Assembly: GCA_006226545.1 (NCBI GenBank)
Contig: SBGR01000012.1
Location: forward strand, 38,156-102,155
Source of the DNA: Bacteroidota bacterium
GTDB taxonomy: Bacteria; Bacteroidota; Bacteroidia; UBA8524
Reading direction: 5' to 3'
DNA length: 64,000 bases
The translations under genes and the position numbers were made by a program. Below are positions 1 through 10,195 of the stretch, one piece after another; within the stretch, counting starts at the first letter, position 1; each line of letters starts with the position of its first letter. The notes below the pieces were generated by a model. It saw nothing but the letters and a program-made list of their open reading frames with translations. It was not told the DNA's origin and made no database searches.

Positions 1-188
1 GTTTGGATGATGAGCTCGCACACTCTTCTTTGCGTTTCGGATTGAGTCGCTTTACTACAGAAGAGGAAATTGACTACGCTATTGATCACGTGAAAGTGGC
101 GGTAGAGAAGTTGAGAGACATGAGTCCGCTTTGGGAGATGTTCAAAGAAGGCATCGATTTAAAATCGATTGAATGGCAGGACCATTAA
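1..188 (+). CDS. iscS: cysteine desulfurase IscS/NifS family, C-terminal 61 codons only (5' end lies upstream of window; reading frame begins at nt 3)
   Basis: Translation ...[54 protein letters not shown] matches the conserved IscS C-terminus (…IDLxSIEWxxH). Followed by iscU and iscA. The first M in the track is a TTG inside a longer ORF. Confidence 0.75.
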   Translation, partial: LDDELAHSSLRFGLSRFTTEEEIDYAIDHVKVAVEKLRDMSPLWEMFKEGIDLKSIEWQDH

Positions 189-249
189 TAATTAGGGATT
201 AAGGATAGAAAATAAAGCGTCGCGAGGCGCAGTATAAAATTTTAGAAAT

Positions 250-654
250 ATGGCTTACTCAGAGAAAGTAATTGATCATTATACTAACCCGAGAAACATC
301 GGAACGCTTGATAAAGGCAAAAACACCGTAGGTACAGGCCTGGTAGGTGCGCCTGAGTGTGGCGACGTGATGCGTCTGCAGATTGAAGTAGGTGAGGATG
401 GCGTTATCCAAGATGCGAAGTTTAAAACCTTCGGATGTGGATCAGCTATCGCTTCTTCTTCTTTGGCTACCGAGTGGTTGAAAGGAAAAAGCATCGATGA
501 TGCGATGAAAATTGACAATATGGACATCGTTGAAGAATTGGCATTGCCACCGGTAAAAATCCATTGCTCTGTTTTGGCAGAGGATGCGATCAAAGCCGCT
601 ATCAACGACTACCGCACTAAAAACGGCCTTCCAGCATTGGAAGAAATTAAATAA
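250..654 (+). CDS. iscU: Fe-S cluster assembly scaffold IscU
   Basis: 134 aa with IscU signatures (APECGDVMRLQI, FKTFGCGSAIASSS, KIHCSVLAEDAIKAAINDY). ATG start at 250. Confidence 0.9.
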   Translation: MAYSEKVIDHYTNPRNIGTLDKGKNTVGTGLVGAPECGDVMRLQIEVGEDGVIQDAKFKTFGCGSAIASSSLATEWLKGKSIDDAMKIDNMDIVEELALPPVKIHCSVLAEDAIKAAINDYRTKNGLPALEEIK

Positions 655-820
655 GAAACATTTCTGCTTGCATTGAAACTTTGGATTAGAAGTTCCAAAA
701 ACCAAATAACAAGCTCCAATGGGTGATTCTCTCGTTTGAGATTTGGAATTTGGCTCTTGGAAAATGATTATTTTGGATTCAATAGCAGCTTAATAAATTA
801 TAGCATTAAAGTAAACGCTT

Positions 821-1147
821 ATGATTACCGCAACACCAAAAGCAGCACTACGCGTAGCTGAGCTTCGTCAAGAAGCAGAACTGGACAACCAGTACTTCAT
901 CCGCGTGGCCGTGGAAGGCGGAGGTTGCTCCGGTTTATCGTATAAACTGGATTTCGACAACGAAGAACGTCAAGGCGATCAAGCATTTGAAAGCAATGGC
1001 GTGAAAATCGTGGTTGACATGAAGAGCTTTCTTTACCTCTGTGGAACCGAGCTGGACTTTACAGACGGACTCAATGGTAAAGGATTTAACTTCATCAATC
1101 CGAACGCAACCCGCACCTGCGGCTGTGGCGAAAGCTTCGCAGTGTAA
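821..1147 (+). CDS. iscA: A-type Fe-S cluster carrier (IscA/HesB family)
   Basis: 108 aa with the C-terminal CGCGESF motif typical of IscA/ErpA/HesB. ATG at 821. Confidence 0.8.
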   Translation: MITATPKAALRVAELRQEAELDNQYFIRVAVEGGGCSGLSYKLDFDNEERQGDQAFESNGVKIVVDMKSFLYLCGTELDFTDGLNGKGFNFINPNATRTCGCGESFAV

Positions 1148-1241
1148 GAGAGGTTTTATGTTTTAAGAGTTAAGTTTTAAGAACGCTTCTCCTATTGATT
1201 AAGTTCACTTAACACTTTAAACGAAACACTTTAAACTTATA

Positions 1242-1273
1242 GGCCACCTTTAGATTTGAGGGTGGTTTTTTTT
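1242..1273 (+). terminator. rho-independent terminator (ccacc…ggtgg stem + T8)
   Basis: ggCCACCtttagatttgagGGTGGtttttttt immediately after the iscA stop. Confidence 0.6.
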
Positions 1274-1310
1274 ATGGCCTATAGATTCGAGTTTGAATAG
1301 ATTTGTGAAA

Positions 1311-1982
1311 ATGAACTTGTCCCGAATTCTTCTTATTCAATGTCTGGTTATATTTCTGGTTGCCTGTTCTGGTGGTAATAGAAATAGAAGTATTTGTCGC
1401 TCAGACATTCTCTTGGATACAATTGAGGGAGCGCTATCGGATAGAGTTGCTTTGTCTCAAATTGATTGTATAGCGCCATTTTCAAATTCTGAATTCATAG
1501 GGAAGCTGCCAAGCGTTATAGCGTATCAAGATGTCACGGATAGCTTTTATTGGTATGCCAAAGGAATAATTGAGGAGTTTGATGTGCCTGAGCAGGAGTG
1601 GTTCAGTCAAGAGTTTGCCAAATTGGATTCGGTGCGCTTAGGTCTTGATTATTCCTATATGTGGTTAACTTATCCTTCTGATTATCTTTTTTACACATTG
1701 ACAGATGATTGGCAGGATATACATGGGTTTCCATTGCCTTTTCCTGAACTTCAAAGAAAAGAATTTGAAGCCTTAGCGGGTAGAATGCATTTGCTCCATG
1801 TTGCCATGAGAACCGAAGTAAATCAACTTTTTGATCCATCGAAAGATTTAGTGAGGGACTTTGGAGTAGATCTGCATCTTCTAATTTCAAATAGAAATGA
1901 AGAGTCGGAGCTAATTGGTATTCTGTATTGGCAGAAGGGTTGGACCGTGAAATATAAAAGTGAGGTGCGAACTCTGTATTAA
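1311..1982 (+). CDS. hypothetical lipoprotein (signal peptide with lipobox LVAC), no recognisable family
   Basis: The ORF track starts at a TTG (1293). The first ATG at 1311 gives MNLSRILLIQCLVIFLVAC-SGG, a classic lipoprotein signal. The gene is visibly AT-richer than its neighbours. Confidence 0.55.
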   Translation: MNLSRILLIQCLVIFLVACSGGNRNRSICRSDILLDTIEGALSDRVALSQIDCIAPFSNSEFIGKLPSVIAYQDVTDSFYWYAKGIIEEFDVPEQEWFSQEFAKLDSVRLGLDYSYMWLTYPSDYLFYTLTDDWQDIHGFPLPFPELQRKEFEALAGRMHLLHVAMRTEVNQLFDPSKDLVRDFGVDLHLLISNRNEESELIGILYWQKGWTVKYKSEVRTLY

Positions 1983-2031
1983 GCTTTCGTATGCTTCATT
2001 TCAGGGACTTAACTCTTAAAACTTAACACTT

Positions 2032-2062
2032 AAAACCACCTATAAAAGGGTGGTTTTTTTTT
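2032..2062 (+). terminator. rho-independent terminator (aaaaccacc…gggtgg stem + T9), near-duplicate of the one at 1242
   Basis: aaaaCCACCtataaaaGGGTGGttttttttt after the lipoprotein gene stop. Confidence 0.6.
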
Positions 2063-2223
2063 ATGCCTTCTAGCGAAGCAATTTCCAGTTTCAAAAACAG
2101 GTCTGTCCCATTTTCTTTCAAAATAGCCAATTCATCTCCCACAATTTCCCACCTAGATTATCCGTTGGAAATACAGTGTTTTTGGTGCTTGGATTGGGGT
2201 GTGGAAAACTAAAGTAGCGATAT

Positions 2224-2250
2224 GGTGTCGTAAAGTGGGTAAAAGTGTCG
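2224..2250 (+). promoter_or_regulatory. three direct repeats GTGTCG/GTGGGT/GTGTCG at exactly 10-bp spacing ~40 nt upstream of mraZ; candidate MraZ operator
   Basis: tgGTGTCGta aaGTGGGTaa aaGTGTCGtg. MraZ proteins are known to bind direct GTG(G)-type repeats spaced by one helical turn in their own promoters. Assignment is by position and pattern only. Confidence 0.35.
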
Positions 2251-2287
2251 TGAAATACCCTAATTTTACACTTTGAAAGGGTATACC

Positions 2288-2752
2288 ATGTCCCATTTTA
2301 TCGGAGAATACGAGTGTAAAATCGACGCGAAAGGCCGTATCAGCCTACCGTCCAGCCTTCGGAGGCAGATTCCGGAAGAGGCTGGCGATCGCCTCGTCGT
2401 GAACCGTGGCTTCGATAAATGTTTGGTTTTGTATACCCGCCAAGAGTGGCAAGTGGAGACTCAGAAATTGAGTCACCTCAATGCCTTCAACAAACGGGAT
2501 CGGATGTTTATACGCCTCTTCAACAATGGGGCAACCGAAATCCAGGTAGACGGTGCTTCGCGGGTTAATATCCCGAAGAAACTACTGGAATATGCGGGTA
2601 TAGGCGCTGAAGCCGTGCTCTTTGCGTACGGAAATAGAATCGAGATTTGGTCGCGTGAAGAATACGATGATCAGCTGAAGATCGATCCGGACGATTTCGC
2701 TTCGTTGGCAGAAGAAGTTATGTCGGGCACTAATCGGGAGGACAATGAGTAA
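2288..2752 (+). CDS. mraZ: transcriptional regulator MraZ
   Basis: MSHFIGEYECKIDAKGRISLPSSLRRQ… has the duplicated MraZ/SpoVT-AbrB fold signature. Track start 2273 is TTG; the first ATG is 2288. The stop overlaps the rsmH start (ATGAGTAA). Confidence 0.9.
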   Translation: MSHFIGEYECKIDAKGRISLPSSLRRQIPEEAGDRLVVNRGFDKCLVLYTRQEWQVETQKLSHLNAFNKRDRMFIRLFNNGATEIQVDGASRVNIPKKLLEYAGIGAEAVLFAYGNRIEIWSREEYDDQLKIDPDDFASLAEEVMSGTNREDNE

Positions 2753-3644
2753 TTATCACATCCCCGTGATGCTCACAGAATGCTTAGAAGCACTTAACAT
2801 ATCATCCAATGGACTTTTTGTCGACGTAACCTTCGGGGGCGGCGGGCATTCGCGTGCTCTCCTGTCTCGTCTCGGAGCGGGCGGTCGGCTAATCGCTTTT
2901 GACCAGGATGATGATGCTTTGGCCAATGTTCCGGACGACCCTCGCTTTCAGCTGGCGCACCACAATTTCCGCTTCCTCCAGCGCTTTTTGCGCTATTACG
3001 ATGCCTTGCCTATCGATGGGCTGCTTGCCGATTTAGGCATCTCTTCGCATCAGATTGACGAGGCGGAAAGAGGTTTCGCGCATCGCTTTGATGCAGAACT
3101 CGATATGCGCATGAACCGCGACTCCGATCTGAGTGCCTACGAATGGGTGAATGAAACGGAAGTGCCGGCCATGATGAGGGTATTCCGTGAATACGGTGAA
3201 CTCAACAATGCGCCGGGCATCGCTAAAGCCATCGACTCCGAAAGAGCGAAGGCGGCCATTCGAACCACGGGCGATTTGAAGCTGGCCTTGCAACGCTTCG
3301 CTCCACGCGGCAAAGAGAATCAGTTCTACTCGCAGGTGTTTCAAGCCATTCGCATTGAAGTGAACGGTGAGTTGGATGCGCTTAAAGAAATGTTGACCCA
3401 GTGTATCGACGTGATCCGTCCGGGCGGACGCCTCGTAGTGATGTCGTACCACAGCTTGGAAGACAGGCTGGTGAAGAATTTTATACAGACCGGCGATTTC
3501 TCCGGCAAAGCGAACAAGGACCTCTTCGGGAACTTGATTCGTCCTTTTGCACCGGTAGGGAAAGCCATAAAAGCAAGCGATGAAGAGATTGCCGTCAACT
3601 CTAGGGCGCGCAGTGCCAGACTTCGCATAGCAGAAAGAATATGA
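2745..3644 (+). CDS. rsmH: 16S rRNA (cytosine1402-N4)-methyltransferase RsmH (MraW)
   Basis: 299 aa starting MSNYHIPVML…DVTFGGGGHS, the SAM-binding motif of RsmH. Second gene of the dcw cluster. Confidence 0.92.
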   Translation: MSNYHIPVMLTECLEALNISSNGLFVDVTFGGGGHSRALLSRLGAGGRLIAFDQDDDALANVPDDPRFQLAHHNFRFLQRFLRYYDALPIDGLLADLGISSHQIDEAERGFAHRFDAELDMRMNRDSDLSAYEWVNETEVPAMMRVFREYGELNNAPGIAKAIDSERAKAAIRTTGDLKLALQRFAPRGKENQFYSQVFQAIRIEVNGELDALKEMLTQCIDVIRPGGRLVVMSYHSLEDRLVKNFIQTGDFSGKANKDLFGNLIRPFAPVGKAIKASDEEIAVNSRARSARLRIAERI

Positions 3645-4033
3645 ATCAGCTGAGGACAGAAAAGACACAGCAAGAAGAAGAAAAGCAGACCGAGGAGACC
3701 CCAAAAAAGGGCCTCCTAATTCGCTTTACGGAGATGGCCGGATTGGGCGACAAAGCTGAAGTCGCGCAGTTCATGCCTTTCGTATTCTTCCTGAGCTTCC
3801 TCACGCTGGTCTACATCTACAATTCGCACCAAGCCATTAAAGTGGTGAGGCAGATTGATGAACTAAACAAAGAGATAAAGGAATACCGTGCGGAATACAT
3901 CAGTGTGAAGTCGGATTTCATGTATAAAAGTAAACAGTCGCAAGTAGCGAAACGCCTGGAGGGAACGGGTTTGAAAGAACTTACTCAGCCGCCGGTTAAA
4001 CTTACTTACGACCCGGATAAAGATTTAAAATGA
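3641..4033 (+). CDS. ftsL: FtsL-like cell division protein (small bitopic membrane protein)
   Basis: 130 aa with one TM helix (FMPFVFFLSFLTLVYIY) followed by a coiled-coil-like segment. Sits between rsmH and ftsI, and its stop overlaps the ftsI ATG (ATGA). Assignment is positional. Confidence 0.55.
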   Translation: MNQLRTEKTQQEEEKQTEETPKKGLLIRFTEMAGLGDKAEVAQFMPFVFFLSFLTLVYIYNSHQAIKVVRQIDELNKEIKEYRAEYISVKSDFMYKSKQSQVAKRLEGTGLKELTQPPVKLTYDPDKDLK

Positions 4034-6132
4034 ATGTAAAACGCGACATACTTTGGAGGGTCTACGTGGCCTTCTTCGCGGTGGCACTGTTTGGTGTCAT
4101 GGTGGTGGTGTATGCCGTGCGCATTCAGTTTGTAGAAGGCGAGCACTGGCGCAAAATGGCCGAAGAGCTAACTACCGATTACCAAACCATCGAAGCAGTT
4201 CGTGGGAATATCTATGCTGCCGATGGAAGCTTACTCGCTACCTCGGTGCCTATCTACGAGTTACGCATGGACTTCAAAGCCGGTGGTTTGAGCGATGAGG
4301 TTTTCAATGTAGAAGTGGATTCGCTAGCCTACCATTTCGCTCAGATGTTCAAGGATAAGTCGCAAGCCGATTACCTCCGTGAATTCAAAGAAGCACGTAA
4401 AAAAGGCAGTCGCTACCATTTGCTAAAACGAAAGCTGAGCTTCTCCCAAGTGAAGGAGATGCGCACCTGGCCAATCTTGCGCAGAGGTCAGCATAAAGGT
4501 GGACTCATCATTTTAGAAAAAGACCGCAGACAGAAGCCATTTCAACTCTTAGCATTCCGTACCATTGGCTATAGCCAAGAAGGCGTGGCGCCGGTGGGAT
4601 TGGAAGGAGCTTACAACACTGAATTGGCCGGTGTTTCGGGAAAACGCCTGATGCAAAAAGTGGCCGGTGGCGTCTGGATTCCGGTGAATGCCGATAACGA
4701 GATTGAGCCGGAGAACGGCAAAGACGTATACACCACTATCGATGTGAATTTGCAAGACGTAGCGGAAAACGCACTCTACGAAACCTTGGTAAAACACGAT
4801 GCGCTGAACGGTTGTGCCATCCTCATGGAGGTAGAAACCGGGCACATCAAAGCCATCGCTAACCTTGCACGCAAGAGCGAAGGCGTATACGGAGAAGAAT
4901 ACAATTTCGCGGTGGGTGAAAGCGAAGAGCCGGGCTCCACCATCAAATTGGCTTCCCTAATTGCGCTTTTGGAAGAAGGTATTTCGCTCGAAGACTCTGT
5001 GGATGTGGAATTGGGTCAAACCAAATTCTTTGATCGTACCATGAAAGACTCTGAGCCGGGTCACTACCAAATGCTGTCGCTGCAGCAGGCGTTTGAGAAG
5101 TCCAGTAACGTGGGTATCTCCAAGCTGGTTTACAAACAGTTTAAAGAGCAGCCTCAGAAGTTCATCGACTACTTCTCTCAGATGGGTCTTGATAAGCCTT
5201 TGAACCTGCAGATTACCGGAGAAGGAAAGCCAAGAATTAAAAACCCGAAAGACAACGACTGGTATGGAACAACCCTGCCGTGGATGTCTATAGGCTACGA
5301 GACGCAGTTTACACCACTCAAGATTTTAACCTTGTACAATGCCATCGCTAACCAGGGCCGCATGGTAAAACCTATTCTGGTTACCGAGGTAAGGCAGACC
5401 GGTAAGCTGGTGCATAAATACGAAACCGAAGACATCGCGAAGAGTGTTTGCAGCAAAGAGACCTTGAAAAAGGTGCGTCAGGCATTGGAAGGTGTGGTGC
5501 AAAACGGTACCGCACGTAACCTGAAAAACGACAATTACCGCATTGCCGGAAAAACGGGAACCACGCAGATGGCCCGCGGGGGCAAGTATACCAAGTCGTT
5601 CTACAAAAGCTCTTTTGCCGGTTATTTCCCGGCCGATAATCCGAAGTATGCCTGCATCGTCTCCATCAACGGAGCAAGCAAAGGCATTTACTACGGCTCT
5701 GCAGTGGCAGGTCCGGTTTTCTTGGAAATAGCGAATAAGGTATACGCCAGCAGCCTTCACATGCACAAAGACATTAGCGAAACGGCTCATACGCCTGAAA
5801 TCGCCACGCCGCGCAATTTCTCAGGTAAGTTGAAAGACATCCGCGACGTGATGAATCGCTTGAACATCGCTCACAAAGTGGGTGAGGCGAATGAAGAAAT
5901 TGAATGGACTACCACGGCTCGCATGGAACGCAACATGAGGCTGGAGCAACGTAAGATCATCCAAAACCTAGTACCGAACGTAAGCGGCATGAGTCTACAA
6001 GATGCCCTATTCCTCTTGGAGAACAGAGGGCTGAAAGTAGTGGTGAGCGGAAAAGGTAATGTATACCGACAAAGCATGAATCCGGGAACGGCCGTATACA
6101 AGGGAGCAACAATCGTAATTGAACTAAGGTGA
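4030..6132 (+). CDS. ftsI: penicillin-binding protein 3 / FtsI transpeptidase
   Basis: 700 aa with an N-terminal TM helix, a PBP dimerisation region, and transpeptidase motifs STIK (GSTIKLASL), SSN (KSSNVG) and KTGT (AGKTGTTQ). Confidence 0.9.
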   Translation: MNVKRDILWRVYVAFFAVALFGVMVVVYAVRIQFVEGEHWRKMAEELTTDYQTIEAVRGNIYAADGSLLATSVPIYELRMDFKAGGLSDEVFNVEVDSLAYHFAQMFKDKSQADYLREFKEARKKGSRYHLLKRKLSFSQVKEMRTWPILRRGQHKGGLIILEKDRRQKPFQLLAFRTIGYSQEGVAPVGLEGAYNTELAGVSGKRLMQKVAGGVWIPVNADNEIEPENGKDVYTTIDVNLQDVAENALYETLVKHDALNGCAILMEVETGHIKAIANLARKSEGVYGEEYNFAVGESEEPGSTIKLASLIALLEEGISLEDSVDVELGQTKFFDRTMKDSEPGHYQMLSLQQAFEKSSNVGISKLVYKQFKEQPQKFIDYFSQMGLDKPLNLQITGEGKPRIKNPKDNDWYGTTLPWMSIGYETQFTPLKILTLYNAIANQGRMVKPILVTEVRQTGKLVHKYETEDIAKSVCSKETLKKVRQALEGVVQNGTARNLKNDNYRIAGKTGTTQMARGGKYTKSFYKSSFAGYFPADNPKYACIVSINGASKGIYYGSAVAGPVFLEIANKVYASSLHMHKDISETAHTPEIATPRNFSGKLKDIRDVMNRLNIAHKVGEANEEIEWTTTARMERNMRLEQRKIIQNLVPNVSGMSLQDALFLLENRGLKVVVSGKGNVYRQSMNPGTAVYKGATIVIELR

Positions 6133-7580
6133 AGCAACTCGAACATATAACGCAAGAGCTGAATCTAATTCAGGGTAGCCTTCCGAAAGGAGAGGTGAAA
6201 GGCCTCACCATGGATTCGCGCAAGGTGGAGCCGGGTTATGTGTTCATTGCGGTAAAAGGCACACGCGTAGACGGTCATGACTTTGTTGATGAAGTGCTCG
6301 CTAAAGGAGCTTTGGCTGTGGTGGGCGATCAGGCGATGCCGGGCAAAGAAGGCTATATCCAAGTACCCGATTCATCTGACGCTTTAGGTAAGATGGCTGC
6401 CGCTTTCTACGACTATCCTTCCCGCGAAATCAAAGTGGTGGGCGTTACCGGAACCAACGGCAAAACCACGGTTTCTACTTTACTCTACGAGCTTTTTGTT
6501 CGTTTGGGTTACCGCGTTGGTTTGCTTTCCACGGTACGTAACCGCATCCACGATAAGATCCTCGACTCAACGCATACCACACCCGACGCCATCAGCATTC
6601 AATCGCTTTTGAGAAGAATGCGCGACGACGGCTGCGACTTCTGTTTTATGGAAGTGAGCTCGCATGCTATTCACCAAAAACGCATTGCCGGCATCGAGTT
6701 TACAGGTGGCATTTTCACCAATATCACCCACGATCACCTCGATTACCACGGCACCTTCGACAATTATTTAAAAGCGAAAAAGGCCTTCTTCGACCAATTG
6801 CCGGATGAAGCCTTTGCCCTCACCAATAAAGACGACCGCAATGGTGCGGTGATGCTGCAGAACACCAAGGCTACACGCTACTCTTATAGCCTAAGCGCTA
6901 TGAGCGATTTCAAGGCGCGTATCCTGGAGCACGACTTCAATGGCATGTTGTTGCGCGTAGACAATGAGCCGGAAGCCTGGTTTAGACTGATTGGTAAGTT
7001 CAATGCGTACAACCTTTTGGCAGTTTACGGAACAGCCATTCTGTTGGGCATCAGCCGAGGCGAAACCTTGCATCACCTGACGCAGCTAGGCAGCGTGGCC
7101 GGTCGCTTTGATTACCTGCGTGAAGCCGGAATCACCGGTATTGTTGACTATGCCCATACCCCGGATGCTTTGCAGAATATCCTGGAGGTAATCAACGAAG
7201 TGCGCACGCGTAATGAAGAGCTAATCACCGTAGTAGGCTGTGGTGGCGATCGCGACAAAGCGAAGCGCCCGATTATGGCTGAGATCGCGACCAAGCTAAG
7301 CACCAAGGTGGTGTTTACCGCCGACAATCCGAGAAGCGAAGACCCGGAAGAAATATTAAATGAGATGGAGGCTGGTGTGCCGGCTACCGACTATAAAAAG
7401 ACCATGCGCATCACGGATCGCAAAGAGGCCATTAAGGCTGCCGTGAACTTGGCTAAACCCGGTGACATCATCCTGATTGCCGGCAAAGGCCACGAGACCT
7501 ACCAAGATATTAAGGGCGTAAAACACCCATTTGATGATAAAGCGATACTGCAGGAGATGTTAATCAAACTTAAATCCTAA
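6129..7580 (+). CDS. murE: UDP-N-acetylmuramoyl-L-alanyl-D-glutamate--2,6-diaminopimelate (or lysine) ligase MurE
   Basis: GTG start overlapping the ftsI stop (GTGA). Mur ligase P-loop [10 protein letters not shown], the MurE DNPR motif ([10 protein letters not shown]), and C-terminal GKGHE. Confidence 0.9.
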   Translation: MKQLEHITQELNLIQGSLPKGEVKGLTMDSRKVEPGYVFIAVKGTRVDGHDFVDEVLAKGALAVVGDQAMPGKEGYIQVPDSSDALGKMAAAFYDYPSREIKVVGVTGTNGKTTVSTLLYELFVRLGYRVGLLSTVRNRIHDKILDSTHTTPDAISIQSLLRRMRDDGCDFCFMEVSSHAIHQKRIAGIEFTGGIFTNITHDHLDYHGTFDNYLKAKKAFFDQLPDEAFALTNKDDRNGAVMLQNTKATRYSYSLSAMSDFKARILEHDFNGMLLRVDNEPEAWFRLIGKFNAYNLLAVYGTAILLGISRGETLHHLTQLGSVAGRFDYLREAGITGIVDYAHTPDALQNILEVINEVRTRNEELITVVGCGGDRDKAKRPIMAEIATKLSTKVVFTADNPRSEDPEEILNEMEAGVPATDYKKTMRITDRKEAIKAAVNLAKPGDIILIAGKGHETYQDIKGVKHPFDDKAILQEMLIKLKS

Positions 7581-7584
7581 GGCT

Positions 7585-8841
7585 ATGTTGTACTACCTCT
7601 TTGAATACCTCGATAAGCACTTTAACCTGGCCGGAGCCGGTGTATTTCAATACATCTCCTTCCGTACGGCTGCGGCTATCATTACCTCGCTCATCATCTC
7701 CTTGCTGTTTGGCAAGCGTTTGATCGACTGGTTGCGCGGACAACAAGTGGCAGATGAGATTCGCGACTTAGGTTTAGACGGTGAGAAGCAGAAGAAAGGT
7801 ACGCCTACCATGGGTGGTATCATCATCTTGGGGGCTATCATTATTCCAACCCTGCTTTTCGCTCGCTTAGAAAACCTCTACGTCATCTTGATTTTGGTGG
7901 CCACCATCTGGTTGGGCTTCATCGGCTTCTTAGACGATTATATCAAAGTATTCAAAAAGGATAAAGCGGGCCTAGCCGGCCGATTTAAAATCTTGGGTCA
8001 GGTTGGTCTAGGGCTCATTGTGGGTAGCACCTTGTATTTCCATGAAACGGTGAAGGTGAGAGAGTATATCGCCCCTGCAGAGTATACGGCCATGGAAGAC
8101 CAATCTGCGGTGAAAACCTTTGTAACCAACGAGGGAGATACTTTATACTACCAAGACAGTAAATCGCTTTCAACCACCATTCCTTTTGTGAAGGAAAATG
8201 AGTTTAGCTACGCCTCCATCACACGCGCTTTGGGCGATACCGAGGGCAAGCTCAACTGGCTGCTTTATGTGTTGGTGGTGACCTTCATTATTACGGCGGT
8301 TTCCAACGGAGCGAATATCACAGACGGCATTGATGGATTGGCTGCAGGTGTATCGGGTATCATCGGTGTGATTTTGGGCATTTTCGCCTACCTCTCCGGT
8401 AACATACTATTCTCCAGCTACCTCAACATCATGTATATCCCGCACTTGGGTGAGCTGGTGATTTTCTCGGGAGCCTTTGTGGGAGCATGTATCGGCTTCT
8501 TGTGGTACAACAGTTTTCCGGCGCAGGTCTTTATGGGCGATACCGGCAGCTTAGCCTTGGGTGGGGTTATCGCAACCCTGGCTATCATGGTGCGTAAAGA
8601 ATTGTTGATTCCGATTCTCTGCGGCATTTTCCTCGTAGAGAACCTGAGTGTGATGATTCAGGTAGCCTACTTCAAGTATACCAAGAAGAAGTATGGCGAA
8701 GGACGAAGAGTCTTCTTGATGTCGCCATTACACCACCACTACCAAAAGAAAGGCTACCACGAAAGCAAAATTGTGACTCGCTTCTGGATCATCGGAATCT
8801 TCTTGGCCATCCTCACCGTAATCACCCTAAAACTGAGATAA
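7585..8841 (+). CDS. mraY: phospho-N-acetylmuramoyl-pentapeptide-transferase MraY (long Bacteroidota-type form with internal insertion)
   Basis: 418 aa polytopic membrane protein with MraY motifs ([39 protein letters not shown]). Confidence 0.92.
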   Translation: MLYYLFEYLDKHFNLAGAGVFQYISFRTAAAIITSLIISLLFGKRLIDWLRGQQVADEIRDLGLDGEKQKKGTPTMGGIIILGAIIIPTLLFARLENLYVILILVATIWLGFIGFLDDYIKVFKKDKAGLAGRFKILGQVGLGLIVGSTLYFHETVKVREYIAPAEYTAMEDQSAVKTFVTNEGDTLYYQDSKSLSTTIPFVKENEFSYASITRALGDTEGKLNWLLYVLVVTFIITAVSNGANITDGIDGLAAGVSGIIGVILGIFAYLSGNILFSSYLNIMYIPHLGELVIFSGAFVGACIGFLWYNSFPAQVFMGDTGSLALGGVIATLAIMVRKELLIPILCGIFLVENLSVMIQVAYFKYTKKKYGEGRRVFLMSPLHHHYQKKGYHESKIVTRFWIIGIFLAILTVITLKLR

Positions 8842-8845
8842 GCAC

Positions 8846-10192
8846 TTGAACAAGAAACTGGTCATATTAGGTGCAGGCGAAAGCGGAACAGGCTCAGCCA
8901 TCCTCGGAAAACTTCGGGGCTGGGAAGTCTTTGTCTCTGATAAGGGAGAAATCAAAGAGCAGTACCGCCAGGAGCTGGATGAGGCCGGTATCGAATGGGA
9001 AAGCGGTCAACACAGCGAAGAGCGCATTCTTGCTGCCGATGAGGTGATTAAAAGTCCGGGCATTCCGGATAAAGCACCGCTGATTCAATCGCTTAAAAAG
9101 CAGGGAACACCGATCATCTCGGAGATTGAGTTTGCCGCACGCTATACCACAGCCAAGCTAATTGGCATTACCGGTACCAACGGTAAAACAACCACCACAT
9201 CGCTTTGCTACCACATCTTTCAAAAGGCAGGATTGCGAGTAGGCTTAGGCGGTAACATCGGTAAAAGCTTTGCACGCCAAGTGGCCTTAGACGACCAAGA
9301 TTACTACGTATTGGAAATATCCAGCTTCCAGCTGGACGATACCTATACCACGCGATTCCATGCGGCGGCATTGATCAATATCACGCCGGATCATTTGGAT
9401 CGCTACAACTACGAACTCAAGAATTACATCGATTCCAAATTTCGGATTACCCGCTCACAAACGGCAGAAGACCTCTTCGTGTACTGTGGCGACGATCCGA
9501 TTACGATGGAGCATATCGCCGACTATACCATCCTCGCTCAACGCTTTCCATTTACGATTGACGCAGAGCACAGCAGTCCGGGTGCATGGGTGAAAGACGG
9601 CGAGCTGCACATTGAAACCAAACAAACAGAAAACAACTTTACCATGGCAATACAAGAACTCTCCCTTCGGGGCAAACACAACAACTACAACTCCATGGCG
9701 GCGGCCGTTATTGCGAATGCATTCAATATTCGCAAGGAGGTTATCCGCGAAAGCTTAAGCGATTTCCAAAACGTAGAACACCGTTTGGAAAGTGTGGGCA
9801 AAGTGCGCGGAGTGGAATTTATCAATGATTCCAAAGCGACCAACGTAAACTCCAGCTGGTATGCCCTAGAAAGCATGGATCGTCCGGTGATCTGGATTGC
9901 CGGTGGGGTAGACAAAGGCAACGACTACAATTTGCTGAAGCAGTTGGTAAAAGACAAGGTGCGCATCATCGTGTGCTTGGGACTTGACAACCGCAAAATC
10001 CACGAAGCTTTTTCCAAAGACGTGGACATGATTCTGAATACCACTTCCATGCAAGAAGCCGTAAAGGTAGCCTACCACATGGCCGATAAGGAAGATGCGG
10101 TATTGTTGTCGCCAGCCTGCGCCAGCTTCGATTTGTTTGAAAACTACGAAGACCGCGGTCGCCAATTTAAGAAGTACGTTAAAAACCTCTAA
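8846..10192 (+). CDS. murD: UDP-N-acetylmuramoylalanine--D-glutamate ligase MurD
   Basis: TTG start (only start codon after the mraY stop). N-terminal Rossmann motif LVILGAGESG, Mur ligase P-loop [11 protein letters not shown], and C-terminal domain. Confidence 0.88.
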   Translation: MNKKLVILGAGESGTGSAILGKLRGWEVFVSDKGEIKEQYRQELDEAGIEWESGQHSEERILAADEVIKSPGIPDKAPLIQSLKKQGTPIISEIEFAARYTTAKLIGITGTNGKTTTTSLCYHIFQKAGLRVGLGGNIGKSFARQVALDDQDYYVLEISSFQLDDTYTTRFHAAALINITPDHLDRYNYELKNYIDSKFRITRSQTAEDLFVYCGDDPITMEHIADYTILAQRFPFTIDAEHSSPGAWVKDGELHIETKQTENNFTMAIQELSLRGKHNNYNSMAAAVIANAFNIRKEVIRESLSDFQNVEHRLESVGKVRGVEFINDSKATNVNSSWYALESMDRPVIWIAGGVDKGNDYNLLKQLVKDKVRIIVCLGLDNRKIHEAFSKDVDMILNTTSMQEAVKVAYHMADKEDAVLLSPACASFDLFENYEDRGRQFKKYVKNL

Positions 10193-10195
10193 GCG

